A program made the translations under genes and the position numbers. From positions 10,850,001 through 10,914,000 of the forward strand of contig CM068748.1 in NCBI GenBank assembly GCA_035084275.1: a stretch of DNA of 64,000 nt, in the 5' to 3' direction. Below, one piece after another: positions 12,941 through 26,000 of this stretch; the stretch's first letter is position 1; each line of letters begins with the position of its first letter. The notes beneath the pieces were generated by a model that was given only the letters and a program-made list of their open reading frames with translations, was not told the DNA's origin and did not search any database. Source of the stretch: Hydrolagus colliei. Taxonomy: Eukaryota.

Positions 12941-14362
12941 CCAGTGTTTGATTCGCTGACACGATGCCAGGACAGGCTGTGTCGTATAAAAATGATTTTG
13001 CATACTAATTCCCTTAATTCCAGAATATGCTGCTTCTTAGACTCTACAACAAATGTTTACCATGTAAACCTACTCAACTATTTATTTGAAGTAGATTACC
13101 AGTCGTGAGAGAAAGCTATCTGGAGAAGGGAGAGATGTCCTGCGTTGCTTTAACGTTGACTTTGAAATGTTGATTTAGGAACAACCTTTGTGGTGATACC
13201 TGTACACTGTTCTATTTTGCCCTCCTCAGAGAGAAGAGAGGATACAATGTAGGGCTACAGTTGAAATATGTTTGAACCCAAAATACATTGACACAGAGAT
13301 CTTGTTTTTGAAACATATTATTTTTTTTAAATCACGATGAGTTTAGTCTCGAGCAGCCAGGTTCTTCCAATTTTGAATGTTACCTTACATTGGCTACTCT
13401 ATAATCCAGACACCCAAGTTATGATATAAATACTGTTATCTTATAGTCAGCGACCTTCTGTTTCTGCTACTCACTGCCATATGTTCAAGTCTCTTTCATC
13501 TGTGGATGGTCAGGTCATATTCAAGTGAAATCTATTTCATTAATATTTTATATGATGTCAATTAGTCATGTTCATTGCGGCACAACATTATTATGGCACA
13601 GAATGAGAGATGTGACTAGTTTGCACAAATTCTAAAAATGTAGGGAGTGGGTGAGCAGTATGTTTAATCTTATAGACTTATCTTATCAAGTGATACGTCC
13701 ACAAGATTACTTCAAAGGATCAGTTGACGATGTCTTAGTTCAGTCAGCAGCAGGTAAACTGCACAGGTTTATGGTTTACTCAATGTAGCTGAAGTTATAG
13801 GGACCAATGTGTTGTACTCACTCATTCATTCCTCCCCAAATCATGAGTGTGAACAACGCTGAATTTTTTTTTGTTTAAGAACTGCAAGCAACACCTTTTT
13901 AATTAAGATCCAATTATGGATATATTTATCAAGTAGTTTATTAAAAATGCAGCTAAAGGGATGTTTTGGTATGACTTATATAGTAACATTGGGGACAGGT
14001 GATCAGTGAAAACCTGGCATTTACCATTCAAAGCAGTTGTATGTTGCTGTATTGTCTTAGTCAACTAATCAAGGCAGGAATTGATGCCAAGCAGATAGCA
14101 GCCTGTGTGAAGTTAGTTCAGTGCAATATCAATTCCTATAAAAGCAGTCAGTTATTGAGTCTGTAGTGCTGTACTATAATAATTGATATTTGTGTATATG
14201 CAGTATGGAACGTCTTGGCACCACAGTCCATACCTCCTGCATTTAGCCAACCAGCTGATGTGAAGGACACAGTGAATACCAAACTGTAGGGCTTACTTTA
14301 AAAATAACACAGAATGCAGTAAAAAGCTAGCCTTGTCTAACCACACATTTTTGATTTAACAG

Positions 14363-14536
14363 GAAATCAGCGATGCTGAGATTTTGGAACTTGTTCACAG
14401 CGCTCTAGGGCGCATGACGGTGGTCCGACAAGTCTTTCCCACCTCCAAGGATTCAAATCGTAGATGCATGAGAAACAACCATCGCATATCCTCATTGTTG
14501 TGTGATCCACAGGAAGGCTACCTGCAAACATTACAG
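14363..14536 (+). CDS. GRID1: GRID1 exon 6 (ATD): [58 protein letters not shown]
   Basis: tttaacag acceptor, CAG/gtctgt donor; 174 nt; phase 0/0; not in the ORF track, translated by hand. Confidence 0.96.
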
Positions 14537-14717
14537 GTCTGTATATAGTAACAACAAATAAATTGTAACAGTTTCACAAGTATGCATTTCCACTATACTC
14601 TATTTTTAATGGGTTCTTCTGTCTAATATATTGTAAAGTTTAATTCATCAATGTTCCTGTGTGATCCATCGCTTAGTATATGTGCTTTGTTATCACATTG
14701 TTGGTGGTCCTCTGAGT

Positions 14718-14885
14718 AATGTATTGTTTAATACATAGAGCTCCCACTGTGAAATGCACTGTTCATTAAGTAGAGCTAATCCTGTACAATGTAATGTTTA
14801 ATACATAGAGCTAGTGCTGAGAAACATACTGTTCACTCTATGTAGAGTTGATTTATGTGAAGTACAGTACAGTGCAGAGCTCTTA
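14718..14885. repeat. Degenerate ~35-bp minisatellite, ~5 units, with A/B dimer structure
   Basis: AGAGCT/AGAGTT anchors at 14737, 14772, 14807, 14844, 14876. Confidence 0.75.
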
Positions 14886-16489
14886 TGTTATGGCTTATTG
14901 TTTAATGTATTATTCAGTATATGAGTACCTTCATCGTGTAATATCCATTACCTACTCTAATGGAAAGCCAGACTATAACTGCTTGGAATTCTTTATATAA
15001 CATTAGAATTACTGCCCTGCAGGTGTCTGGCATAGGAGTTAACTGAGTTAATATAGTTAGGATACGTGATAATTGTTTTTTCCAAAAATGTGTGTGTCAA
15101 GTTAGTGTCCTCAAACTATCGGGCTCAGTAGAGCCCACAGAAAAATTGATTAGATGCTATATCATTTGCATTTTTGCTCAAAGTGGAATTTACTTTTTGA
15201 AAGTGCTTTATTTAAGCCTTTGTTTTGGTTGTGTGAGGAAGATGAACCAGAACGGCTGTGTATCATGTTATGATATATTCGGCTATACTAAGTTTGTTAT
15301 TTAGAAAAAAAACCAGAATGGAAGCCCCTTCATAAAGTGAAGTTTAAATTAATCACAATTATTTAAATTTGTTCACATTTTAGCATGATGCTTTTTAAAA
15401 TATATATATTTTTTAAAGATAAAAAAGAAACAGACTTCTTCTCCTAAAGCGGTTTAAGGTTCCTGTCCTAGTATTGAAATTCTCTCTTCAAAGGGAACTA
15501 TAGCATAGTCAATCCAATTCAAATTAATATTCTATAAATCAGTTTGAGGTATCTCGACGATGCATTAAGGTGCTCACTCAAAACCCAGGATTATTTCACT
15601 GAGAATAAACCTCACTATACAATGAAGTTTCCTCTATAAAAGACATTCTATAGTAAGACTCTCTACAGATACAACTCTTATCTAATATACAACTCTTATA
15701 GCAGTTACCTAAATGCAGATAGTGCTTGTCATTAGAGAAGGAATTGATCACTTTTTATTGAAAGAGTAGAAAGATCTGCCTTTGGATAAAATATAATACT
15801 GTATATACCTTGCAATAAAGTCAGTTGGGCTGATGTGAATCACTTTTGTTAATCTATAACCAGTGTTTGAAACTGGACTCTTTACGAATGTTAGAAAAAT
15901 GGATAATGATAATGGAAGGTACAAACCTTATCTGAGAGGATTTTTATTTTATTTGTAGGTTTGGAGTCATTCTAGTGATATTTTAAAGATTACTTAATCC
16001 TCTGGCATTGGTTTTCTGAAGGATGCATATTCAGTCAATGTTCAAAATGCCGGTGAACTGTTTGGAATTCAGTTTGCTCATCAAATTACTTGTAGTGGCC
16101 TTCGTGAGCTTTTTTCCTTTGCCTAAGTAGCACTACAATAGTAATAATATATAGGATAGTGCCTTATCAACAACAGCAACAAAATTACACTTGCATAGTG
16201 CCTTTCATGTAATTTCACATTCCAAGGCGCTGTAGGCTAATCAGGTAGGAAGGACAATCTCAAAGCGCTTCACAGAATTTACTGTGGAATGAACTATGCA
16301 TTTGTAAGGTCATCCCACCCAATGAGTATAATTACTGCAATAAATGAAAAATGGGATCGATTTTGTGGGTGTTTTGCCCCCAAAATACTGTATACAGGAT
16401 CATTATTATTGTTTAGAATCAAATTTGAGAATTTATTTTTGCTTCTAAATCGTGATTAGTTAATCATGTTCATTTTATTTGTTCTCTAG

Positions 16490-16915
<426 letters not shown>

Positions 16916-17294
16916 TGATTTGTGTTAGGGCTCACCCACTTTTGCTGTTAGAATAGAGAAGGATTACGAATAAAAGAAATGGATTTCTTTTGTGCTTTAA
17001 AATATGATTTGGTGCATTGGTTTTGTAAGATAGATTTTGATCCAAGTGTATTATTATTTAACCCATTCGAGGTCTGAATAATAGAAAGTGACTTAATCGA
17101 TTGGATTATAAACAGTAGAACTAAATTAGAAGTGGATTGTTTCATTGCAATGCTATATAATGAGAGTAATTTGCAAGTGGTTTGTAATTAGAATTTACAA
17201 AAGTCCAAGTGAAAGTAAAGTGATTCATTTATTGGATTTCTAATCGAGTATGAGTAATGTGTTTATCTAAAGTCAATTGTATTTGTTGAGCAAT

Positions 17295-17475
17295 AGATAG
17301 TTGGCACCACTTTCATCCCTAAATCAGAAGATGGTGAGTTCAAGCACCACACTGGGTTTTTGAACTCGCACTTGAGGCTGACATGCCAGCACTATTGCTG
17401 AGGCAGTGCTACATCATAAGATGCTGCCAGCCTTAGAAGGAGGTGTTAAATCTGAGATGCTACCCTGCATGAAGG
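17295..17475 (+). mobile_element. Old Deu-type SINE 5' part
   Basis: aatcagaagatggtgagttcaagcaccac...gaggctgacatgccagc...ctgaggcagtgctac...ggtgttaaa. Confidence 0.65.
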
Positions 17476-17493
17476 GTGACAAATTATACCTTT

Positions 17494-17790
17494 GAATCCT
17501 GTAGCTCAGTGGTTAGAGCACTCCCCTCGCAAGCAAGAGACCTGGGTTTGATTCCTGCCCATGGCGAAACCTTGGGCAAGTTTCCTTACTCCACACATCA
17601 GATAGTAATTCCTCAAAAAAAAATTGTTCATTCTATCTACGATAATTTGTGGGACACTGCTGTGGACAATTGCCTGCAGCATTTTATTCACAACATATGC
17701 ATTCAAATCACTTTACAGTATATTTTGTGAAGTGCTTTGAGACATCCAGATAACATAAAAAGCACTATATCAAATGCAAAAATTATTATT
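17494..17790 (+). mobile_element. Younger tRNA-headed SINE, near full length
   Basis: tcctgtagctcagtggttagagc (A box), ggtttgattcc (B box), cttgggcaagtttccttactccac, Deu-like body, (att)n tail. Confidence 0.9.
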
Positions 17791-17811
17791 AAATCAATTT
17801 AAATTATTATC

Positions 17812-17920
17812 AATAATAATAATCCTTGGATTTGGTATAGCCCTTTTCACATCTTATCAACACCTCAAAGTGCTTCACAGAATATCCTTTAAAGTGAATT
17901 AACTGTATATTTGTGGAAGA
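17812..17920 (-). mobile_element. SINE 3' fragment, tail-to-tail with the preceding copy
   Basis: aataataataatccttggatttggtatagc...caaagtgcttcacagaatat...aaagtgaattaactgtatatttgtgg. Confidence 0.85.
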
Positions 17921-18179
17921 AATCATAGTATTAGAATATTATTATACTAAGGACAGTCAGTGTTCATATAACAAAAAGCCCAGCGTTCTCGGGGACATGA
18001 TCCAGAGACATGCTGCAACAGGATTTGATATTTTAATGAAATGGGTTTTTGATCTAGTACCTTGAATGAACTCCTGCTTTTGTGTAACAGATGCAGGCAA
18101 CAGTCTCTGTAACGAGGATGATCAAGACAAATGGGTGAATGCTTACTGATTGAACTATGTTCTTTCCTGTTCCTCTTAG

Positions 18180-18299
18180 GGTCGGATTCATGGACTTACA
18201 GGAGCTATGGAATTCAGAGATGATGGATCAAACAATAATGTTCATTTTGAGATCCTTGGCACCAGTTATAGTGAAACCTTTGGGAAAGATGTTCGAAGG
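18180..18299 (+). CDS. GRID1: GRID1 exon 8 (ATD): [40 protein letters not shown]
   Basis: ttcctcttag acceptor, AGG/gtaaat donor; 120 nt; GLTG motif of iGluR ATDs. Confidence 0.96.
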
Positions 18300-20321
18300 G
18301 TAAATGCTTAATATCTCTCTTACTGTATTATTGCTGCTTGTGTTGTTGCATGGAATGAATGAAGTGGGGTAACAGTTCAACCACAAAAAGCAAATTCTAC
18401 AGCATTCAGGGGTTTAACAATAAATAATTTGATAGGTGAACAACTGTCTCAGTACTGAGTACTGGCTCAGAGCAGAGGAATTGTCTCACTGCCAAAGCAT
18501 TACTGAGAGAAGATTTTTATGTGTTGGGTAGAAAGCTTACAAAAAGGTAGAAGGCAATGCAATTTAGAAATAATATTTTACTACAAGTTCAGTTTTGTGC
18601 ACAGGTCAAAATAAATTAGCTGATCCTTAGCATAAACGGATGGCTCATGTATATTCTATGTTAACAATGCAACGAATGTCTGAAAATTAAGGGGACTTTT
18701 GATAACCCTTGATAGTGGGGGAATAAGATATTGCAACCCACCTGAAAGGATCACCCATTCCTTTGTTTCTAATTGTGTATCGGCTTTTGCGGCTATTCAA
18801 TAGAATAATATTGCGTTGGACACCTATTAATGGAATACCCTTTGTGTGTCAAGAAAAGTGTCTCAATTATCCAGCTGTTCCCTAATGAATAAAGTCTATT
18901 AAATATCAGTGATCTTGCAGAAAATCAGGAACTGCTGAAGCAGACTAAACAATTTCACAAAAGTTAAGGATGACCCAGCAGTCACATTCACATTGACGCA
19001 AAATTAAATGCTGACATTTATTTAGAGATGCCATGTTCTGATGAACAGCCATCAAGCATATTAAAAGCATCATACTGTTGTGAAGCAGCCGATTGTTTTC
19101 AAATTCCTTCTGATGAGTAATATTAAAGATTTTTAAAGAAACATTTAAAACTACAATCTGAATGTAAGGTAATTAAAACGAATATTAATTATAGTATTTG
19201 GTTACAAAATATTGCCCTCCCACCCCAATAAAATCCGTAATGTACATTTCCTATAATAAAATCAGTGTTTTCCACTATACTTCACTGGAACTAAATGGCT
19301 TCCTGGGCCTATAGCTGAGCAATTCATTTGTCTTGTGAGGACCAAGATCTGCTGTATGCCCCAGTACTCAATGAATGTTGACAGTCCAATTAAATACTTT
19401 AAAAGGGTCCAGTGTGTTGCAGTTGATGTTTTGAGCAAATACTGTAAATGGTTTGCATCATATTCAATTTGAAAAAACAAATTATCTAGGATCCAGAGGC
19501 ATTGAACTCTACACCTTTTTGCATTGTCTCCTTTGGTGTCCTTGATCTATAGGCTACAACCCTAATAATTACTTATTTATACTACCTGTGCTGTGCCCTT
19601 CTTCATATATTTCTTAGCAGAAGTATTCTTGCTGTGAGTGTCAAGTAGTCAGTATAACTAAAAGTGACATAGACATTTCTCCTTCCCACATTCCAGGAAA
19701 CCATCTCGCCGGGTAGTTAGCAGAATGTATTTACTACCAGCAGTTAATCATGTCCATAAAATATTTGATTTGCTTCTTATTACTATACAGTGCCAATAAT
19801 CAAGTGAATTGCACAATGCAAGGAATCATCCAAATAATAAAGGACTAAAGCAGAGGGTCATTTTCCTTTCACCTCTGGATACCTTCACCTCCTATATAAA
19901 TGGACAATATACTGGCAACCCAAATGAATTGGGGAGAAAGACAATTGGAAGTAAAAATGGAATTGGCACATTAATACAGTTCTGTCGGGGGTGCTCTATA
20001 TCTAGTTTCAAGCTAATGGGATATTGCAGAGAACATGTTTTGTATCTAATATGTTTTTTATCTGACCTGAAAGTCCTTGATGCTGACCCTGATTTTAGAT
20101 AAGCAGAACACTCGTGGTCAGATTTTATATGTTGCCCTGTAGGCACACAGAACTTCATTGAGAGCTTACCATGCCTTTCCTTCCATCTGTCTTTCTGAAA
20201 TTAAGATTTAGAATTATATTTAGTCTGGCTCTTTATTGTGGTCCCCTTCATTGCTTCCTTGACTTTAAACATGACAGAAACTTTGATTTTGATCATATCG
20301 AAAAGAAATAACTGTAAAAAG

Positions 20322-20810
20322 CAGGCGACCACATCACTCCCACCCTTGCCCGTCTCCACTGACTCCCTATCCCCCCAGATCGAACTCAAGATCCTTGTTC
20401 TCACTTTCAAGGCCTTTCATGGCCTTGTCCCTGCCTATCTCTCCGACCTGTCTCCCTATCAGCCTGTCCTTCCCCTCCGTTCAGCAGGCTCTGGCCTGCT
20501 CCATGTCCCCCACCCAAACCACCTACCATCGGTGGCCAGGCTTGCAGACTCTCTGCCCCCACATTCTGGAACTCCATCCCACAATCCCTTCGCTTTGCAT
20601 CCTCCCTTTCCTCCTTCAAGGCCAAACTCAAGACCTTCCCCTTCGACCATGACTTCTGCTGCCCTCCTAACTCTTCCCCCTTTCCTACTCTCCTTCCCCC
20701 TGTCCCTACCTTGACCCTTCCCCCCAGCTCAGGTCCCGACCTAACTGTTCAGTGCCTTGGGACGTCCTTTCATCATGATAGGCGCTCTATAAAACTAATT
20801 TTGTTGTTGT
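20322..20810 (+). mobile_element. 5'-truncated L2 LINE (ORF2 C-terminus + 3' tail)
   Basis: Frameshifted peptides DHITPTLARLH*LP..QIELKILVLTFKAFHGLVPAYLSDL..LRS typical of the L2 ORF2 end; gccttgggacgtcc...ggcgctctat...(ttg)n tail. Confidence 0.9.
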
Positions 20811-21424
20811 ATTAAATTGCGCCCATTTAATCCCTAGCTAATAAATGCTCAATATGTCTGATCCATGATGCATCCAGGCTACCTTTAAAATGATTTAAAG
20901 TTTTGTTAATGTGCTTATTTAGCAATATCCCCTATAAGTGGAATAGCCCTCCATCAATATTTGTTTCCCCTCACACAAAAATATCCAAACTTTATATTAC
21001 AATTCACAAAGCTTCTCCCCAATTCCTAGCTGAAATGCATTTGCACTATCAGACTTTGCTTCTAAAAGATTAGCATTAAAGGATTGATGATGTATTCATG
21101 GCTCTCTTTTACCTTATACAGAATTGAAAAAGTGACTATCTTAAAAAGTAAAAGAAAGTTGCTTGGCTTAAATGTAATTTAGGAGGAATGTATTTTAGTG
21201 GATTTCTGAGACTCGTTAATAACAGTGAGACATTGCATTCATAATAAAAACAATTTACAACAACAACAACAACAACTTGCACTTATATAGCACCCTCCAC
21301 GTTGGGTAGAGTCTGAGTGTTTAACAGTGGGGGAACCTGACTCTGTGCCAGGAGGGGTAGGGGGGATGGTGGCTAAATTTCCTCAAATTTAGAATACAGT
21401 ACTTTGTTATCTAAATTTTAATCT

Positions 21425-21764
21425 AGCTCATTTGATAGTGCTCTTGCTCTGAGACATCATTTTGAGCTCATTTTTAAGCTCAGACTTGAGGTTGATTATG
21501 CTGCAAGAGACCTGCATTATGCGAGATGCTGTCTGTCCTTCAGGTGAGATCTTAATACAGGATTTTGTCTGTCTGTTCGGAAGGACAGTGAAGATCCTAT
21601 AGTACAATAGTATATGGCAACAATCTGTCAGCTAAAAAACTTGTCAGTGTTCAGTGCAAAAAACTTGTGCAAATTGGTTGCTGTGTTTGTCTATAAATAC
21701 AGTTACATTCTGTGAAATGTTTGAGATATGGCAACATGATAAGGTGCTGTATCAAAAGCAAGGA
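21425..21764 (+). mobile_element. Old Deu-type SINE, degraded
   Basis: ttcaggtgagatcttaa...tctgtctgttcgg...gaagatcctatag...gtgcaaattggttgctgtg...gtatcaaaagcaaggat. Confidence 0.7.
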
Positions 21765-22000
21765 TTCCATCCCCCAATCCCTCCGCCTTGTTTCTTCCCT
21801 TTCCTCTTTCAAGGCCGGTTTGAAGACTTTCCTCTTCGACCGTGCCTTTTGTTCCCTCCCGAATTTTTCGACCTCTCCTACGTGTTTCACCCCTTCCCGA
21901 ACACTCCCCTCCCAGCTCGGGTCACACACCTCCTGTGCAGCGCCTTGGGACGCCCTCCCAACGTGAAAGGCGCTTTATAAGTTTAAGTTGTTGTTGTTGT
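21765..22000 (+). mobile_element. 5'-truncated L2 LINE, young, abutting the SINE tail
   Basis: SIPQSLRLVSSLSSFKAGLKTFLFDRAF; CpGs retained; (ttg)n tail. Confidence 0.9.
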
Positions 22001-22951
22001 ATTTACTTATTTTATGTCCCTCTGGTGCTAAGGACCTGTGAACTATGATCTGTGGAATAAACTGTTTTATAATGAGAAAATGAAAAGTAATGGGGCCAAT
22101 GTTCCTGGTATTTTAAAAGTGGAAGAAGGCATGTTTTTTTGACAATTTGAATGAAATCGCAGCAGCTCATGGCATTCGTAAGTGCCCAGTGTGAGAAATG
22201 TGATTTCATTAGTGTCCCTGAAACAGCATCAAGCATTGGTGATGCATCTCTAATGAAAAGCGTCTCCTGCTTTGAAACAGCTAACGAGGCACTTACCCAC
22301 GAAGGCAGTATAGGTGTGGAATCGTGAGTGACAATATCGCAACGCCAACAACAAAAAGGATGATTTATAGATCTTATCTGTGAGCCCTTCTGAACACTAT
22401 CAAGGAGTGATGTTAGCACATGTTTTGGCGTGCCTCCCTACTTTCTCCTACATACCGTGCAAAAACATGGGAAGCATGGCAATATGTGACAAACTGCATC
22501 AATGCTATTTAGCTATTCTGAGCTTCTGGCAGGAGATTCAGAAGCAAGTGCTCTGATTTCGAACTATATTAATCATTGGTCAAAAAGGATTAATCAAGTG
22601 AAGAGAACTGTGAAAATTGGTGTCTTCAACATAATCATCCAAAATTCTTAGAATCTCATGCAAAGTCATAAAAGTCTGGTTAAATCTAAGATACAATTCA
22701 TCAGTATTTGGAGGCACAATGACCGTGAGCTGCATTTGCTAAGGATTCTCAGCATCTACTGCATTGCCTGCGAAACTTGCATTGAGCCCTTTCCATTTTC
22801 CATTGCAGCCTGAAACTTTCATTGCAGTCAGTTGTGACCAGTAGCTCACACACTTATGTTGGGTGAGCAATGTACAAAAAGGGAGGTGACACACACACTT
22901 CTGTAAAAACTTTGTAATATTTACAAATTAACTCCAAAGCTACTTAAAGCT

Positions 22952-23018
22952 CCAAGCGCTCTGAGATGCTGACTGGCCTGGAGGGTGCTATATAAATCGA
23001 AGTTGTTGTTGTTGTTGT
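22952..23018 (+). mobile_element. L2-class 3' tail, variant family
   Basis: aagcgctctgagatgc...ggtgctatataaatcgaagttgttgttgttgttg; similar copy at ~48961-49010. Confidence 0.65.
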
Positions 23019-26000
23019 AAATAACACCATGGCTATAATAAATAACTCTCTGTTTTGGCTCTTTGGCCAGCAGATTTTATTTAGAAATAGAAATGGTCTC
23101 CTCAGGTGCAACTAAATGCAATGATTCTGAGGATAGGCGTCAACAATGGGTAAACTACTTTGTGACTCCGATCAATATTACTCCATTCAGCAGGTTGAGA
23201 CATTTCTCATCTCAGTTTTTTCTTACGTAGCAGGACTCTTAACACTTCTTTAAGGTTTGTGTACCATTATATACAGTACTAAAACTATACATCCTGTGAG
23301 CTACCCACTTTCCAGTATTGATTGACAGTAGTCGTACATCCGATTGCTTTCCTGCTTTGAGAAGAATGTGTGGTTACAATCAATCTTCTTGGAGAGATAA
23401 ATAAGAAATATTTGGAAGAAAAAGTAATGGAAACTGACTCATTGTTTCACAGTTAATAAAAGACAGAAGATATAGGTCTTTTCTGAATTTAAGTTTCTTG
23501 TGATATGGCCAAGTACTTAATTTAGAGACACAACAAAAACCTTCTAATTTAAAAATAATTATTAATTCAAATAATTTGTAATTACCTCTGGCAATGCTGC
23601 CATGGAATGATGCTAAGAAAAATGGCAGGCTTCTTGTGCCAATGGAATTTACACAGGAACAATTGGCAGAGAAATTGGCTATTTCAAACAAAAGTGCATT
23701 TGTGATATCCCAGTAGACAAGGATTAATAATGAAATTCCTAAGTTGGCATGGGAACAGTACATCTCTAATATTATAAGTACTGTACAGTATTCCAGAACA
23801 GGCTGCAGAGGCAATATGCTCAAAAAAGGGGCTACTTTTAATTGTTTTTAAGTAGAATTTGTAAAAGTATGCTGTAAAATTAAAAAATAGACCTTGTGTA
23901 AATAAATATGCTAGCAATTAAACATGCTAGCAGTTAAGCCGATTTTACATGATGCAATAGAGGCTAGGTTGGGATTTTTAATAACGAATAAAAAGCAGAA
24001 TTATGGCAGAATTCCAACTGCAAAAGTAAACATTCAAACTCAAATAGAGATTCAAATTGGAGAAGTGACAATTATTTATGTATGTTTATGCAGCAATCAA
24101 CTCCACAGCTAACACTGACATTTCTACTTTCCATTTCAAAAAAATCTCAGTGGTTATCCTGCAGATTTTCTTTTTGAAATGAGTTGCCCAGCCATTGTCA
24201 CTTTTTAAAAGAACACCTGCCAGAGGAACACATTAAATTAATTGACTAAATTAATAAAATCTGAAAACTTCTCAGAACATTCATTGTTTTTTTTAATCCT
24301 CTTGACGTGAAAGGCGCTCTATAAATGTAAGTTTTGATTGATTTGATTGATTGATAATGATGTGATTTATGCTGTACCTTGCACGTAAAAATAATCTAAT
24401 AAATTTAAATTCAACAACAACCAACCTGACTGGAAGATCTCTATACCCCAGTGTAAACAGGTGGGGAATAAATCTGCTTTTTTTTTACTGAGAATAGAGC
24501 AAGACCATTAAAGGGTAGCATTGTGTTGTGCCCTAGAGCATTTGCACACAAAGCAGCATATAATGATAGTAGCTGAGATTTGGTGGTGTTACCTTGCCAT
24601 TAATCCTATATGTCCTAATACAATTGCTATCACACTGAGCACCACATCCTCCTGTTCACCCCCCATATTGTGTCTGCTGCAGATAATGATTTTTGTAAAT
24701 TCAGCAGGTTCTGTTTACTTAATGTTGGCAGTGATGTGTGGCTACTGAGAACCAAAGCAGACAGTCCTTTCTAATGCAGTTCTGTTGGATAAATGTGCTA
24801 CAGTTGGATCAGAATTTCTTCAAATCAGGGAATAAAAATAGTGAGTTTGAAAATCTTTCTACCAATCGACATTTAATTAGCAACAATTACAGGACAAAAA
24901 CAGTTGGTTTTAAAATTACTAAAGCAATTTGATTTCTAATCAATATTGTTGTTTTCCATTTGGATTTGGCAATGGGTTGAATGTACAGTAGTTCGTTTCT
25001 GAGCATTAATATTTAGGGAAATTTAAGAAAATGTGTACTGTACTAAAGAATAATGCATATAATGAGTAAAAAGTGGTTTAATTCACTGGAGGATGAAACC
25101 AGTTGGAATTACAAACCTACACTGGATGATATTAGTTTGTAGGGAGATATTTAATCTATCTATGTGGCATTTTAGAGGATCCAGAATTTGTTAAATTGTG
25201 AAGTAGGTTTGACCTTTGAAGTTATTTATCTTTAGTTCTTAAAAGTGCCAGCTTCTAGTGGTTCTAAAATACTATATAGGTCAATCTCCACCCAGGTGAA
25301 ATTTCTCCACATGGTGAGGTAATCTTCAATAACAACCAGGAGCACTAAGAAAATTGTGTATGCTTGTGTGAAATATGCTGTTAAATTCACTTAACACAAT
25401 TTGTTCCTGTTGTCTCCCAAACAGTGTTTTTTTTAAAAAGACTTTATTTTTATACTGTATTTTGTTAGTTTACACTCCAGTGGGATAATTTTAAAAGTTA
25501 TGCAAATTGCATTCTTTGTAATTTGTTCTGACTGTTGGTTTTAAAGATCCCTTTTAATCCTTTTTATCTCAGGCATGAGATAATTAAGCATCAATTCTCA
25601 TTTTGTTGAGACTAGGTCATATGAGTAACTGAACACAAACCCACAAAAAGTAAGGTTCATTTGGCTTAGATGCTAGCCCTGCAAGCCACTAGGTTAGGTG
25701 TTTGAGCCTCAAACCAACTCACCATCTGGGCTGTTACTCTAATGTGGTACAGTACATTAAAGTATTTACCACTTCATGTGCCATCAGTTATATCTGTGAC
25801 AGATTTGCCAAGGATTATTGATATTCGTGGAGATATCTGTATGTCAGAGTCTCAAATCACTTGTGAGTAAAGTAAGAAAGAAAAACCAATAAGGTAGATT
25901 ATTATTTCTTTCAAATTATTAAAAAGCTTTGTTGTGGACTTACACCACAAATGCTTTGTACAGGTACATATATTATATATAATGGCAATGTCAATTTATT

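Noticed and set aside
14718-14885. CRISPR-like repeat/spacer appearance
   Set aside because: Vertebrate intron, degenerate repeats, linkers of only ~10 nt and no cas genes. Treated as a minisatellite.
20201-20714. Cluster of overlapping 60-158 aa ORFs on both strands (likewise at 21651-22048, 27147-27400, 49685-50005, 53771-54312)
   Set aside because: All overlap GC-rich L2 3' ends. Only the ORF2 C-terminal fragment is meaningful, and none is a host gene.
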